Shown piece after piece: positions 52,732 through 64,000 of a DNA stretch of 64,000 bases. How positions within the stretch are numbered: the first letter of the stretch is position 1; each line of letters opens with the position of its first letter. Position numbers and translations under genes: made by a program. The notes below the pieces were generated by a model, which saw only the letters and a program-made list of their open reading frames with translations, ran no database searches and was not told where the DNA came from. Location of the stretch: NCBI GenBank assembly GCA_035250975.1, contig DATFEP010000076.1, positions 1-64,000 on the forward strand, written 5' to 3'. This DNA comes from Nitrososphaeraceae archaeon. GTDB lineage: Archaea; Thermoproteota; Nitrososphaeria; Nitrososphaerales; Nitrososphaeraceae.

Positions 52732-53676
52732 TCAACAACTATTGTCTTTTCTTGCACATATTGTATTAAATCCATTTAGATTTTTCAGGATTCTTTTTTC
52801 ACAATCTGAATTTTGGTTAGGAAATTCATCAGATGTAGCACATCCAAAGAACATATCACCTGGTTGTATTGGTCCAGCTTCTGTCTGCCTATCAAATATA
52901 AACGGAACTGAAATTCTCCCATTCTTATTATTGCCTTCTTTATTTAACTCGTCCTGTACATCAATTGTTCTTATCTGATACTCACCTTTGACCATTGCTA
53001 CCACATTCATATCGTCAATATCTTTAGCATCATATACAGGAACGTTTATTGTAATTTTTATTTTCTCTGGAATTTGATTATCTACTGAATTTAATTTTGT
53101 TTTGGTTTTATAAAACGTATTTGATTCATTATATTTTTTCATTGTAAAAAAGAGTTTTACAGTATCCTTTTCAGTCGATAGTCCTATATTTCCTTCATCA
53201 CAATCGTATGTAGGAAGATATGTTTTATCTCCTGGTTTATTATCTACGATATATGCACGCACAAAATATTCATCGTCAAACATCACACTGGAAATGTGGT
53301 TACTTTTATTAAACTTGAGATCAACGTTTAGATTTTGATTTGATAGTTGCTGCTGTTGTGTTTTCTTCCTCGTTTCTTTCAAGTTTTCTATATAAGAAAT
53401 CTGTCCTTCACCATTTAGATAACCAACTACCTTGATACGGTCATGATTTTCGATATCTGCTATATTGTTAATGTTGAGTTTTGCTCTTATTGTTGTCAGT
53501 GTTGTTATACTATTGTCTTTTTCTTCATTTTCATTATCGAGATTTGATTCTGTTACTGCCAAAGCACTTTCAGGAGAAAAAATCAATAAAGATACTGTCA
53601 AAACAGAAAATATGCCTAATTTGGCACCTAGAGTATTATAATTTATGCTATAATTCATAGTTTGACGACTATTCAT
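52732..53676 (-). CDS. Secreted protein, duplicate of 26885-27799
   Basis: Near-identical C-terminus ...GPIQPGDMFFGCATSDEF..QNSDCEKRILKNLNG...CARKDNSC. Confidence 0.8.
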   Translation of the reverse strand: MNSRQTMNYSINYNTLGAKLGIFSVLTVSLLIFSPESALAVTESNLDNENEEKDNSITTLTTIRAKLNINNIADIENHDRIKVVGYLNGEGQISYIENLKETRKKTQQQQLSNQNLNVDLKFNKSNHISSVMFDDEYFVRAYIVDNKPGDKTYLPTYDCDEGNIGLSTEKDTVKLFFTMKKYNESNTFYKTKTKLNSVDNQIPEKIKITINVPVYDAKDIDDMNVVAMVKGEYQIRTIDVQDELNKEGNNKNGRISVPFIFDRQTEAGPIQPGDMFFGCATSDEFPNQNSDCEKRILKNLNGFNTICARKDNSC

Positions 53677-53721
53677 TGGAATTTAAACTATGTGTTTAAT
53701 ATCAATATAGAAAAAGTGTAG

Positions 53722-55035
53722 TTATCTTTTATCTTTTATGTTTTCTTTAACAATCTGAAACTGGTCATATATATCTTCATCACCGTTATTCTCTATAAAT
53801 GAACTTTTTAATACTGTTCCATCATTCTCCACAGCAATATTTACTATTCCAAATTCGCCGTCTAATCCAAAAGCTGAAAATGGTTTACTTTTTGAAATCT
53901 TCATATCATGTGCTCCTCCAGTTCCGGCAGTTACAAAAATTGTTCCTTTTGGATCTGTATAGGTATCGAGATCTGCGTCGGTTACAATAGGTTCATCTTC
54001 ATCATCGTTGTTAAAAGTAATTGGATATGATCGTTCATATGCATGAAAATGTCCCTGCAGGGCCAGAACCACATTGTATTTATCAAACAATGGATGATAT
54101 GTTTCTGTAAAATCATCCTCATCGTCTGGACCACCTCCGGAACTGTATGCTTGTCTATGGTAAAATGCGACAATCCAGTCAATTGTTCGATCTTTAGAAT
54201 ACTTTTCAAGATCCTGGACTACGAATTCATATTGCTGTGATCCTTCCTCATAAGGAATTTCTGTAGATAACGCTATAAAGTGGACATTTTTATAATTAAA
54301 AGAATAGTACTGTTTCTCCAATCCAAAATATTGCATATAATCTTTCAAAATTTTTGATGAATCAGTTTCATGGTTTCCAATCACGATTTTAGTTTTGTCT
54401 GCTATTGGTTCTATTATGTTAAGCCAACACTTTGCTTTGCCATTATATGAAAGATCTCCCAGTGCAAGTACCACTTCTGGATCTTGTTCTACAATATTTT
54501 CCACTGTATCTTTGGTTTCAGAGTTACAGTCCCAATCTCCCACAGCTACGAGATTGAAATCTGATTTCTCGTTGGATTCCTTTTCCTTGTTTAGTTTTGT
54601 TGCAGACGTAATTTTAGTTGTATTAATTTTTGCTGTTGCAGATTTCTGGTCATCATCTTCTTTATTATCATGGGGAAGTATACCATTGTCATATTCTGTT
54701 ATTGACTTGGTATCATTATTTTCAATATTGTTGTTAGTATTAGCATCCAATTTTTTTTCAGAATCAATATCTTCTACTATATAGTAAGATGGATCGAACA
54801 CATAATCGAATGATTTATCTTCATCTTCATCACTTTCATTACCTTTACCATCATCTTCCAAATCCATCTCAACTGCAAAAACATTTCTATTCTGAGCAAA
54901 AATTTCATTGATTAAATTGTCTTCCTCATACTCCATATTTCTTTTTAGAAGAGAGTTATTGCTAAATAACACTAATGAGAACAAAACTATGACGGCGAGT
55001 AAATTAATTATATGATAGTTAATAATAATCACCAA
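53722..55035 (-). CDS. Secreted purple-acid-phosphatase-like metallophosphoesterase with an acidic linker
   Basis: AVGDW, GDLSY, GNHE, QGHFHAYER. Confidence 0.9.
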   Translation of the reverse strand: MVIIINYHIINLLAVIVLFSLVLFSNNSLLKRNMEYEEDNLINEIFAQNRNVFAVEMDLEDDGKGNESDEDEDKSFDYVFDPSYYIVEDIDSEKKLDANTNNNIENNDTKSITEYDNGILPHDNKEDDDQKSATAKINTTKITSATKLNKEKESNEKSDFNLVAVGDWDCNSETKDTVENIVEQDPEVVLALGDLSYNGKAKCWLNIIEPIADKTKIVIGNHETDSSKILKDYMQYFGLEKQYYSFNYKNVHFIALSTEIPYEEGSQQYEFVVQDLEKYSKDRTIDWIVAFYHRQAYSSGGGPDDEDDFTETYHPLFDKYNVVLALQGHFHAYERSYPITFNNDDEDEPIVTDADLDTYTDPKGTIFVTAGTGGAHDMKISKSKPFSAFGLDGEFGIVNIAVENDGTVLKSSFIENNGDEDIYDQFQIVKENIKDKR

Positions 55036-55358
55036 ATCCCAGCAAATTTAGCATATCTATCGTTTTTAATATTTTATATATTATCGCACAGTAGAAAGTA
55101 TATTAAACATTTAATTAATATTGTTACGCGTACAAAGATATAAATCAATTTTATAGTAAATTCTTACGATAGATTGTCATAATCTCATTCTCATGAATTT
55201 CTTATAAATAATATTTGTTTAGATAGTAAACAAATCCTGTCCTAAATATATAAATCATACTAGAAATTTACTGACCAATTGTTAGATAAAATATTTAATA
55301 TTAAATTATCTAAATTTACACTAGGATCACTTTCAGGTTTAAAAAAGTTGTGTGCATT

Positions 55359-55550
55359 TTATTCTTCTTCCTTCAATTGCTTCTTTGTTCTGGGCGGTGA
55401 AGTTTTCTTTATAATTATTGAATCTCCTCTCGAATGAATATTTACGTATTGCCCCCGCATTATTTGAAGTCTGTATGCTATTTCGTTTGGTATGACGACA
55501 TAAGGAAAACCGTTATTTTTTGTTACAATAAGAAGATGCGTTATATACAC
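55359..55550 (-). CDS. AbrB/MazE-like swapped-hairpin DNA-binding protein
   Basis: VVIPNEIA..LQI..GQYV.I...GDSIIIKK. Confidence 0.65.
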   Translation of the reverse strand: MYITHLLIVTKNNGFPYVVIPNEIAYRLQIMRGQYVNIHSRGDSIIIKKTSPPRTKKQLKEEE

Positions 55551-55820
55551 AAAAGGTAGAAAAATAAAATAAATGAATTATGGACTATATAACGACTATA
55601 GAGTTATCTTAAGTTTAAAGTAAATTTAGATTTTGTTGCAACACCGACTACTTAAAATAAAAAAACCCATAAATAGATTTAAAAAAAACCTAAATTTTAT
55701 AAAGTCATACCTAAGTCTTTATAATGATGAACTGAATTTCCTCAGCATTATTCTATTGTGGGCAATGGAAACGAAAATAATGAAATCTAAATCCTCTGAA
55801 AACCTTATTACATTCATTAT

Positions 55821-57176
55821 TCAATAGACATTTTTCTCATAAGATAATGGTTTAAAGTTAAGATTTAGATCATTAGCATATCTGTATGCTCTTTTTATTT
55901 CTTTTCTGGAAGGAGATCTTGCAATTTCATTATAACGATCTTTGTATTTTGGAGACAATGGATTACATAGATTGTCTGGATGGTATTGATCCATGATATT
56001 GATCTGAACTTGTGGCATATTCTTGGCAATCCACTCTAGAACAGGCTTGGTACAACACTCAATATGATTGGGCATTACAAGATGACGTATTACAAAATCT
56101 TCTCCCCAATCATGAACAAGTTTTAGATTATTCGTGACAGTTTCCCAGTACCAAGGAGTTCTAGAAAGGTCTAAAGCACATTTGCCAGGACCAAACTTGA
56201 AATCTGGTAGCCAGGCATCCATGAGTGTACGCAGAATCCTCATTGTCTCACTACTCATAAAGAAGTTCGAGTTCCAGAGCTGTGGGCTATTGAATATAGA
56301 CTGTTTATAGAATGCATATCCCGAATCAAGAGATGAATTGCTAAAATATTTATCAGATTTGACCGATTCAATATAATCAAGATCCTTCATATTATTTATC
56401 CAGTCTATCTTGAAGGAGTCGAGCATACCTATTGCCTGTACAATGGTATGGAGGTGTATAGTTGGATCACCGCCCACCCAGTTAATATTATGGCATCCTT
56501 CCATTCTAAGCTGCCAAATCATTAAAGCTAGATTATTTGGTGTAATAAGAATACCATTTTCCTTGTCTGTGCTTATATCTCCATTTTGACAAAAAGAGCA
56601 TCTCATATTGCAGCTTGTAAAGAAAATTGTTCCTGATCCGTTAGTTCCTCTGAAAATAAGTTCCTCACCACGGTGATGAAAATAACTGCTTACTTTCGAA
56701 GTTGATTCAAGCTGACAAGTACCATGCTTTTTATATGTTCTAGTCTGGCATGATCCGTCTTCATTAACTGCTAGTTGATTAGATCGGTTAATCTGACAAT
56801 TCCAGCGACAAAAGTTGCAGTGTGTTAGCATACGTTTAACAAGTTCAACAGTCAAATCTAGTAGTGATGTTTTTTTCTGTTGATTTAATTCAGTTATTAT
56901 GTCAGTCTCTTCAGATCTTATTGATTTCCACCTCTCTAGAAATATTTCTGTTAGATTTGTAAATTCCTCCCAAAGTTTTTGTTCATTTATACTTGTTAAA
57001 TCCATAAATTTACAAGGTATGGATCTGGAAATCAGGTATTTGGCAGGCATCCTATTTGTTGATACACCAAAGTACCAAGGTAGACCCGTTCCCCTATTCT
57101 CTTTTAGCTGTTTCCATATGTATAATGATTCAAAATTCCGAAAGCCTTTGTTATTAGCTTGAAAGGATGATCTCAT
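55821..57176 (-). CDS. pflX: Radical SAM protein, PflX (pyruvate formate-lyase activating-like) family
   Basis: GSGTIFF.SCNMRCSFCQN.DIS; INWVGGDP; LPDFKFG; RHLVMPNH. Confidence 0.88.
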   Translation of the reverse strand: MRSSFQANNKGFRNFESLYIWKQLKENRGTGLPWYFGVSTNRMPAKYLISRSIPCKFMDLTSINEQKLWEEFTNLTEIFLERWKSIRSEETDIITELNQQKKTSLLDLTVELVKRMLTHCNFCRWNCQINRSNQLAVNEDGSCQTRTYKKHGTCQLESTSKVSSYFHHRGEELIFRGTNGSGTIFFTSCNMRCSFCQNGDISTDKENGILITPNNLALMIWQLRMEGCHNINWVGGDPTIHLHTIVQAIGMLDSFKIDWINNMKDLDYIESVKSDKYFSNSSLDSGYAFYKQSIFNSPQLWNSNFFMSSETMRILRTLMDAWLPDFKFGPGKCALDLSRTPWYWETVTNNLKLVHDWGEDFVIRHLVMPNHIECCTKPVLEWIAKNMPQVQINIMDQYHPDNLCNPLSPKYKDRYNEIARSPSRKEIKRAYRYANDLNLNFKPLSYEKNVY

Positions 57177-57675
57177 GTTAGTATATTATAATAGCAATAT
57201 ATTTGAGAAGATTTACTTATATTTGTAATCCTTATCCTCAATAAACTAAAATTACTTTACTTTGATAGTTTTCATGAAATATGAGAGGACAATCTGAGCG
57301 ATATCTTTTTCCTCTGCTTAACTAACACTAGTATTTTTGATAGTAAATTTTTTTATGTACATTTCAATTACTAAAAGCATTTTATTTTCTTTTTTGTACC
57401 TAATAACTTGCAGTTTAACAATAAATCACGAAAAATGGTCTATTTTATATTATCTTCCTTTTAAAGAATTTTGCAATTTTTTAAATAAATATGTGCGACT
57501 ATAGAGAAAATATTTATAATTATAGATTCACGAAAACATGAAGAGTATGAGTGATTGGTAGAATAATAAAAAAAACTTGAAGGGAAATATCATGGAATCA
57601 AGTGATCGATAATAGATAAATTCAAAAAACGGAAATAAAACAAAATCTTCGTCTTATCACTAGTATCATTTCATA

Positions 57676-58767
57676 TCATATTATTCTTTTTTTATACAAC
57701 AAAATTATTACCACTAACGCTGCTGGAATAGCAAATATTATTGCATATGTGAGCTGAACAAGAAAAATAGTAGATATCAGACCAGTGCTATATTCTCCAA
57801 CTGGTGAAATGATCCCTCCATGCTGCATTCCAGCATCGTCAGATGCTGAGGACGATGATGATATATTGGGATTTTGATATACTATAGTATCAAATATTGT
57901 ATGAGAGGGATTATCTCCAACATTCTCTATTCGAATTGTTATTGGACCTGGCTCAGAAAATGTATATTGAAGTGTAGCAGCGCCCACTTGAGATATTCCA
58001 GATGTTCGTTCTAAAGTTTTGTTATTTTGAATAACTATAAAGTCAAAAGGCAGTAAATGAGATTTTTTATTTGATGGCATTTCAAAAAAATCAATTAAAA
58101 AAGTTGCAGGATCATGAGTTTTTAAAACTCTAGGACTCCATCCCATGTCTATGTCATATTTCTCGTCATTAGTCAGTGTATGAACTGGAAACCTTGATAC
58201 TTTGTTTCCCAGACCATCAACTGGATAGTCTGGTATATTTTTTAACATACCATCGTGTTTAAATGGCTGCTCACTAACTTGTACTGATCCTGTCATCCAT
58301 GGATGAATAGTACAAAAATACGTAAACAATCCCTTTTTGTTAGTAAAATTGTATGACCAAGATTTACCAGGGCCAAAAAGTCCGCTATCAAATATACCAT
58401 TTGCTTTTCCTAATTCATTACTCAAAAGACTCATAATACCTGAACCTACTCCGCTAGTGACGGTATGGGATTCAACATCATTGTTAGTCCATTTGACTAT
58501 GTTTCCAGAATTAATCTCAAGTTTTGGAGGGATATACCATTTTCTCTCTTCTAGATTGGTTATATCTACTGAAGGATTTGCAGATCCTTTTGGAATAGTC
58601 ACCTCGTATACCTTGCTAATATTTATTTTCTCATTTTCCTGTCCATATATAGTTATGAGATCATGGATGAAATACGAGTTATAAAAAAGAAAAATAGACG
58701 AGATTAGTATCAGAGGGGTAAAAACAAAATAGTAGCGCATAGAATGACGGTTATTACAATAAAGCAA
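57676..58767 (-). CDS. Membrane-anchored plastocyanin/azurin-type cupredoxin with a C-terminal Ig-like domain
   Basis: SHTVTSG, FDSG, YFCTIHPWMTG; C-terminal TM. Confidence 0.9.
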   Translation of the reverse strand: MLYCNNRHSMRYYFVFTPLILISSIFLFYNSYFIHDLITIYGQENEKINISKVYEVTIPKGSANPSVDITNLEERKWYIPPKLEINSGNIVKWTNNDVESHTVTSGVGSGIMSLLSNELGKANGIFDSGLFGPGKSWSYNFTNKKGLFTYFCTIHPWMTGSVQVSEQPFKHDGMLKNIPDYPVDGLGNKVSRFPVHTLTNDEKYDIDMGWSPRVLKTHDPATFLIDFFEMPSNKKSHLLPFDFIVIQNNKTLERTSGISQVGAATLQYTFSEPGPITIRIENVGDNPSHTIFDTIVYQNPNISSSSSASDDAGMQHGGIISPVGEYSTGLISTIFLVQLTYAIIFAIPAALVVIILLYKKRII

Positions 58768-59177
58768 TATATTGTCATTTATGTTTTTATACTAAAAAGT
58801 TTTTAGGAAATAGTATTCAACACTTTAAATTTATTTCTTGAATTTATTTTTAAAAATCAAACAAATCTATCGTTAACTGATTTATTATTATATCTTCCAC
58901 ATGCAGATATATACAGACTATCGTATGTTTTACAATTATGAATTTCTAGTAAGCAAATAATGTCTCATATTTAGATAAAATCTTTTAGTTCTAAAACATG
59001 CAAATACATGATGACAGATAGCTTTTATTCGTTAAATAATATGATACTTAGTAAATTTGATTAGAAAATCTAGATTAATTAGTATAGGTTACGGAAATCT
59101 GCTAGTAATAGCGAACTACAAAACAAGACATGATCTATATAAATAAGATAGTTTTAAAATAAAGAGAAGGTGTAAAG

Positions 59178-60053
59178 ATAATTCTCGACAGAAAACTTTC
59201 AGAATTAACTTTAGAAGAATTATTTTCCCAAACATTATACGACACGCCGTGTATTTTTGTGGATAAAAACAGAGATATTTGGGTTGCTATAGAAATATGC
59301 GCTCAATATTTAGAATCAGCTGTAGATGCAATTATTGTTAAAAGTGAAAATAGTCCTGTCGGGATGATTGGTGGACGTGAGATATTATCTCATTTGAGAA
59401 AAAATACCATACCTGATTCTTATTTTAGAGCTAAGATAGGTGATATTTTTTTTAACCAATTTCCTCAAGTCGATGGAAAGATCCAACTTGTTGATTTAAT
59501 GGACAAATGGAAAAGTACAGGAAGAGCATTTTCTGTTATTGCTAACCAGAACGGAGATTATTTTTCAATCTCTGCAAGGAAAATGCTTGAAGTCGGGAAG
59601 CGATATAAATCAGGTATTTCTGTTTCCTCCATACCAAAAAAGAAAATAGTTACTTTTAAGGGAGATGAATCCTTAGGCGATGTTCTTGACATTATGTTAA
59701 AATATCACATTAGAAGGGTCTTGTTGGAAAACTCTAAGCAATTTATTAGTGATAGAATAATTCTGGGTGAAATTTCTAAGATCTTGAAATATCAAGACAT
59801 AGATAACCTTCTAGATATTCCTATTAATCAATTTAAATTCGAGTACACAAAAGAAATTACTACTGACCTAACTCTTAGCCAAATATGTTTAATAATGGAT
59901 AAAATGGATCATCCTTGTATATTGTATCAAGATTCAATAGTAACTCCTTGGGATATATGTCTCATCTTGCTTTCAGATAATTTGACAGAATCCAGTGGCA
60001 GAACATATTTACAAAAAAGGTTATGTCCACATTGTGGAAAGGAAATAGATTAA
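59178..60053 (+). CDS. CBS-domain protein with C-terminal CPHCG; frame extends upstream of GTG 59259
   Basis: CBS-like repeats; in-frame IILDRKLSELTLEELF..TL..TPC from ATA 59178. Confidence 0.7.
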   Translation: MILDRKLSELTLEELFSQTLYDTPCIFVDKNRDIWVAIEICAQYLESAVDAIIVKSENSPVGMIGGREILSHLRKNTIPDSYFRAKIGDIFFNQFPQVDGKIQLVDLMDKWKSTGRAFSVIANQNGDYFSISARKMLEVGKRYKSGISVSSIPKKKIVTFKGDESLGDVLDIMLKYHIRRVLLENSKQFISDRIILGEISKILKYQDIDNLLDIPINQFKFEYTKEITTDLTLSQICLIMDKMDHPCILYQDSIVTPWDICLILLSDNLTESSGRTYLQKRLCPHCGKEID

Positions 60054-60203
60054 AAGCAGATCCAACCAATTTGTAACCGATTTTTTATCATTTTCCCTAT
60101 TTATCATATCCTTGTTTGAAATGTTATAATTATATTACTTCAAAAGCATTTCAAAAATTAGTTGAGTATCATCAAAGTTCGTATAGTATGAAATTCCTGT
60201 GAA

Positions 60204-60701
60204 TTAATTTTTATATTTTATTGACAATTTATAATAAATAAATTCATCCTGAAAAAATTGAATCGATTTACCATCTGCTATGTCCTTTTGACCTATAACC
60301 CTGGTTGGTTTTATTTTCAAAAGTAGTTCCCCTTCTGTACTATTTCTCTTACCATAAACCTCTGCTTTATCATTACCCATATATCTTGCTGCTATCATTT
60401 TGGCGCATTTGAAAATTTCTGTTGGTGTATCGCTAATTACTTCTGCAATACCATCAATAGTAACAAATGAGAAAGGAGGAGTTTGGTCATCTACACATAA
60501 ACGAACTCGGTTAACACGTTGAATATTTTTTGCTTTTAGTGATTTGTCACCTGTATTAAAAATGATATTACCCTGTTCATCCAAGGTATACCATATGGGA
60601 ACTACATGTGTAGTTCCATTCTTGTTAATTGTTCCTGATTTTCCTGTAAAAGTTCCTTGTAAAAGAAATCTTCTGATTTCATCTTCCGTCATTTCTTGCA
60701 T
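60204..60701 (-). CDS. PPOX-class F420-dependent oxidoreductase
   Basis: GT.HVVPIWY, K.KNI.R..RV.LCVDDQ.PP. Confidence 0.85.
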   Translation of the reverse strand: MQEMTEDEIRRFLLQGTFTGKSGTINKNGTTHVVPIWYTLDEQGNIIFNTGDKSLKAKNIQRVNRVRLCVDDQTPPFSFVTIDGIAEVISDTPTEIFKCAKMIAARYMGNDKAEVYGKRNSTEGELLLKIKPTRVIGQKDIADGKSIQFFQDEFIYYKLSIKYKN

Positions 60702-61215
60702 TAGTATGAATAGCTGACTAAAATTTATAAATTATATCAAAATATATTGCTGCTGAAGGTTCTTGTTTTAAATTACAAAAGTGTCATACACAAGTGAATC
60801 TTCCATGTACAAATACATGAGTATTTTATTATAACATGTATTTTCAATCTTAAAAGTCTTCAAAATTTAATTTTTATGTCATTCGTAAAAATAATAACAA
60901 CACTTAAAGTTTTACTAAGGTAACTAAATACTTAAAAGAAATTATTAGTACAAAGTAGAGAAATCAAACTTTATGAATATAGTAAAATAAATACTAATTA
61001 TTAGCCTTAGATAAATTTATCATCTAATTATGAAAAGGATAATTATTTGAAAAAGATAAAACAAAATAAGCAAAATAAATAAACAATTCTACATTTCGAA
61101 ATGAGTTTGAAATAGGAAAAGGAGTATCTCAATGGACGTATGACGACAATGAGAAACATAGTAGAAGGATAGCTGATTTCTTAAGTTTAGGAGAAATAAA
61201 CACGTTACATAACTA

Positions 61216-62136
61216 TTAACGCAGTAATCTATTTGAAATAAACTCGTGCAATTGTGAATCAGACATATTCTTTTTTGCTTGTGCAAAAGTTTTAGCATCT
61301 TCTCCTACTGTATATCTGAACAAAGATTCTGAAGAATTTGAAGCAATTCTAATTCCTTCAAGAATTACCGTAGCAACTTCTTTTGGTGATGGAGCATTTG
61401 TCATAGCAGGATAATAATGAGATAGAAATGCATCTATAGTATTGGAATAATATGAAGAATTTTTTTTCTTAATATCATTGCTAGAAACATTAATTTCTGA
61501 TTCTTCTTCCAATAAAGTCTTTTGTGATTTATCATCATGTTTATCTGGAAATTTAATATTTGGTACGAAATTAGTATTAATAACACCTGGTTCAATAAGT
61601 ATTACTTTTATTCCATATGGTTGAAGTTCATAAGATATAGATTCGCTGAATCCCTCTAATGCAAATTTTGTACTAACATATACACTAGTTGCAGGAATAC
61701 CAACGATGCCAGACATTGAACTAATGTTTATTATTATTCCATTTTTCTGTTCTCTCATTGAGGGTAAAACCTCTTTAATAGTTCTTATTGCACCAAAGAG
61801 ATTTGTATCAAACTGATTCTTTGTTTCTTCTATTGATATGTCTTCTAAAGCACCAAATAAACCATAACCTGCATTATTTACCAAAATGTCAATTTTCTTC
61901 TTTTCAACAAGTATTTTATGTATCGCATTTCTTACTGAATAATCATCATTTACATCTAAGGATAAAACCTCTAAAGGCAGATTTCCTTTATTGGCTATTT
62001 TTTCAATTATGTCACTCTTACGTTCTCTCATTGTAGCATATGTGTAAAATCCATTTCTTGCAAGAAGTAATGAAGTTTCAAATCCTATCCCCGTTGAACT
62101 GCCAGTAACTATTGCAATATTTTGTCTTTTTTCCAT
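61216..62136 (-). CDS. Short-chain dehydrogenase/reductase
   Basis: TGSSTGIG, NNAGYG, YVSTK, IEPG. Confidence 0.95.
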   Translation of the reverse strand: MEKRQNIAIVTGSSTGIGFETSLLLARNGFYTYATMRERKSDIIEKIANKGNLPLEVLSLDVNDDYSVRNAIHKILVEKKKIDILVNNAGYGLFGALEDISIEETKNQFDTNLFGAIRTIKEVLPSMREQKNGIIINISSMSGIVGIPATSVYVSTKFALEGFSESISYELQPYGIKVILIEPGVINTNFVPNIKFPDKHDDKSQKTLLEEESEINVSSNDIKKKNSSYYSNTIDAFLSHYYPAMTNAPSPKEVATVILEGIRIASNSSESLFRYTVGEDAKTFAQAKKNMSDSQLHEFISNRLLR

Positions 62137-62309
62137 CCTAGTTATGCAATTACAAAAAAAAGAGTAAATACATTTCTATAGTTAACGTTAAAAGTTAGAT
62201 CTTGACATACTATTAAGTTGAAGAATACCTAGTATTTTCGATAAATTATGAAATTATATAAAGAGCACAACTTTCTAATAGAACTTTTATTACAATAAAG
62301 TAACTAGTC

Positions 62310-62495
62310 CCGCTTTATAGAAGGGTTCAAATCCCACAAATCTAGCTTGAAAATAGTAGTGAACCCATTATTTCACTTGCTGGTTCCATATACTGAGTTT
62401 AATTTAAAAACTTAGCTAACATATTCGTATATTCAAATTGAACCCTTTTCATCAATGGGACTAAGCAGATATGACTCTGTCGAAATAATAAAATT
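62310..62495 (-). mobile_element. Possible IS6 transposase fragment
   Basis: SHI..., RVQ, FVGFEP-like fragments. Confidence 0.3.
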
Positions 62496-62736
62496 TAAGA
62501 ATCAAATTTATTATTCAAATTTTTTTTGTATTTTTATAATCATTTTACACATAATTTCTTAAGTCTCAACAACATAATAACTTTGAACCTAGCCAATATA
62601 TAGAGAAATTAAAGATACTAAAAGATTGAGTCATTAAAACCATATTATCTATAACCTGCTCCATATATAAATAAAGACCAAATTCTATAGCATCCTCAAT
62701 ATTAAAGATAATTTACAAGAAATTTCCTTTTACGTA

Positions 62737-63339
62737 CTATTTCTTTTCTTCACTCTGTTCATGTCCTTGAAAGATTTTCTTTACCTTTTCCTTTACCTTT
62801 TCCTTTAACTTTTTTTTTCCAGCTTCTACATTAACAGTTCCAGTTGTAATCATCTGTATTCCTATAATTATCAAATCTACTGCTATTAATTTACTAATAA
62901 ATAATTTACCCCAGAAGGGAATGATATTAATACCAACAGAAATTATTATGCCTAAAATTCCTACTGCTATGGTAAATCCTCTAACTAGTCTCTTATCAGA
63001 TTTATTGGTCAATCCATCGGCTAATCGTGAAAACCCATCTACCATTAACGAAAATCCCAAAATTAATAAAAGTACTCTAGCAGCTGCTATAGGATATGTC
63101 AATGCCAATCCTGCTAGAATAATAGTCAATACACCTAATCCTACAGTGAAGAATCGTAAGTTATGAACAATAAACAATCCAGTAATAGTTTTTTCAAATC
63201 CTGTAATAACTAAAACTATAGCTATTAAAATGAGTAAAATCGTTAGACCCGAATTTGTTAGTGCAATAATTGCAAGTATGATAGCTAAAGCACCAAGTAA
63301 GATTTGGACTGCTCTCACCCATTTTAGAGATTTTTTCAT
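62737..63339 (-). CDS. HdeD/DUF308 family membrane protein
   Basis: Six TM helices in a repeated pattern; Lys-rich tail. Confidence 0.8.
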   Translation of the reverse strand: MKKSLKWVRAVQILLGALAIILAIIALTNSGLTILLILIAIVLVITGFEKTITGLFIVHNLRFFTVGLGVLTIILAGLALTYPIAAARVLLLILGFSLMVDGFSRLADGLTNKSDKRLVRGFTIAVGILGIIISVGINIIPFWGKLFISKLIAVDLIIIGIQMITTGTVNVEAGKKKLKEKVKEKVKKIFQGHEQSEEKK

Positions 63340-63531
63340 AGTTACCGTTATACAGACCCTTATTTAGTAGACTTGTATATTTCCAACAATTAATACATTC
63401 TCTTCAGAATTAACCAATGAAGTAGGATTACATTATATAATGCAAATCTCAAATCAGTAATATACCATTTATTCATACATAGACAAATATTAAACCATGA
63501 AAATATATACAAGTATTAAATTTTTAACGTT

Positions 63532-64000
63532 ATGAAGTTAGATGTCTATGCAAAATCTACTTTAGTAGTTTTAATAGTTCTCAGTCCTTCTATTTCTATA
63601 ATACATTTTGAAAATGCAAAAGCATAAACTATTAGTTCAAGCAATCCGAAGGAACTATTAAAAGAATTCAAAACAGGAAAGGATGCTATGCAAAAAGACA
63701 TTCAGATAAATTTTAATCAATTAATAAATGAAGTTAAATCATAATTAAATTTTAGTTCTGTTGATTCACATCTTTCATTAGCCTCTCAAAATTTTATAAA
63801 TGGAAGGATATCTGAAGGTTTATCTGAATTAAAATGTGCAAATGAAGAATGGAAGAATTCTACTATGACAATTATTAAAATAGAAGTGATTTTATTTCTA
63901 TTGGGGAAAATAATTTAACATCTATGAATGATATTACAAAAGAAATTTTAGATAATTTCGGTAATATTTTAATAATTGTTGGAAAAAAAATAGAAAATTT
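63532..64000 (+). pseudogene. Pseudogene of a secreted helical protein
   Basis: MKLDVYAKSTLVVLIVLSPSISIIHFENAKA* continues in frame TISSSNPKELL... with further stops. Confidence 0.55.

Noticed and set aside
1-64000. CRISPR array, tRNA or rRNA genes
   Set aside because: No regularly spaced repeat-spacer units, cloverleafs or rRNA-like GC-rich tracts were seen. The recurring palindrome is promoter-positioned and irregularly spaced.

Overview
AT-rich archaeal chromosomal window. The gene content (GuaA, aconitase X pair, MptE, Nop2/NIP7 pair, CopCD-Vgb fusion, cupredoxins, IS6/IS630 relics) points to an ammonia-oxidising thaumarchaeon of the Nitrosocosmicus type; this assignment is inference. 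The main signal is a ~21 kb accessory block (~7.5-28.7 kb) that looks like a copper-acquisition regulon. A pseudo-palindromic operator (consensus GTACATTC-nnn-GAATGTAC-CA) recurs about 9 times. In five promoters it ends 34-35 nt before the start codon, just upstream of the TATA element. It precedes secreted proteins that mostly expose His at position +1 after signal cleavage, the CopC-CopD-YtkA-Vgb operon and a His-rich membrane protein/wHTH regulator pair. The two best palindromic copies precede no convincing ORF but instead GC-rich hairpin segments, which are candidate metal-responsive small RNAs. The rest of the window holds housekeeping genes, a Tat-type vanadium haloperoxidase, RNase HIII, another structured-RNA candidate (34455-34550), a duplicated secreted gene and many decayed IS/integrase fragments. 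All functional calls come from motif recognition by eye; no searches were run.
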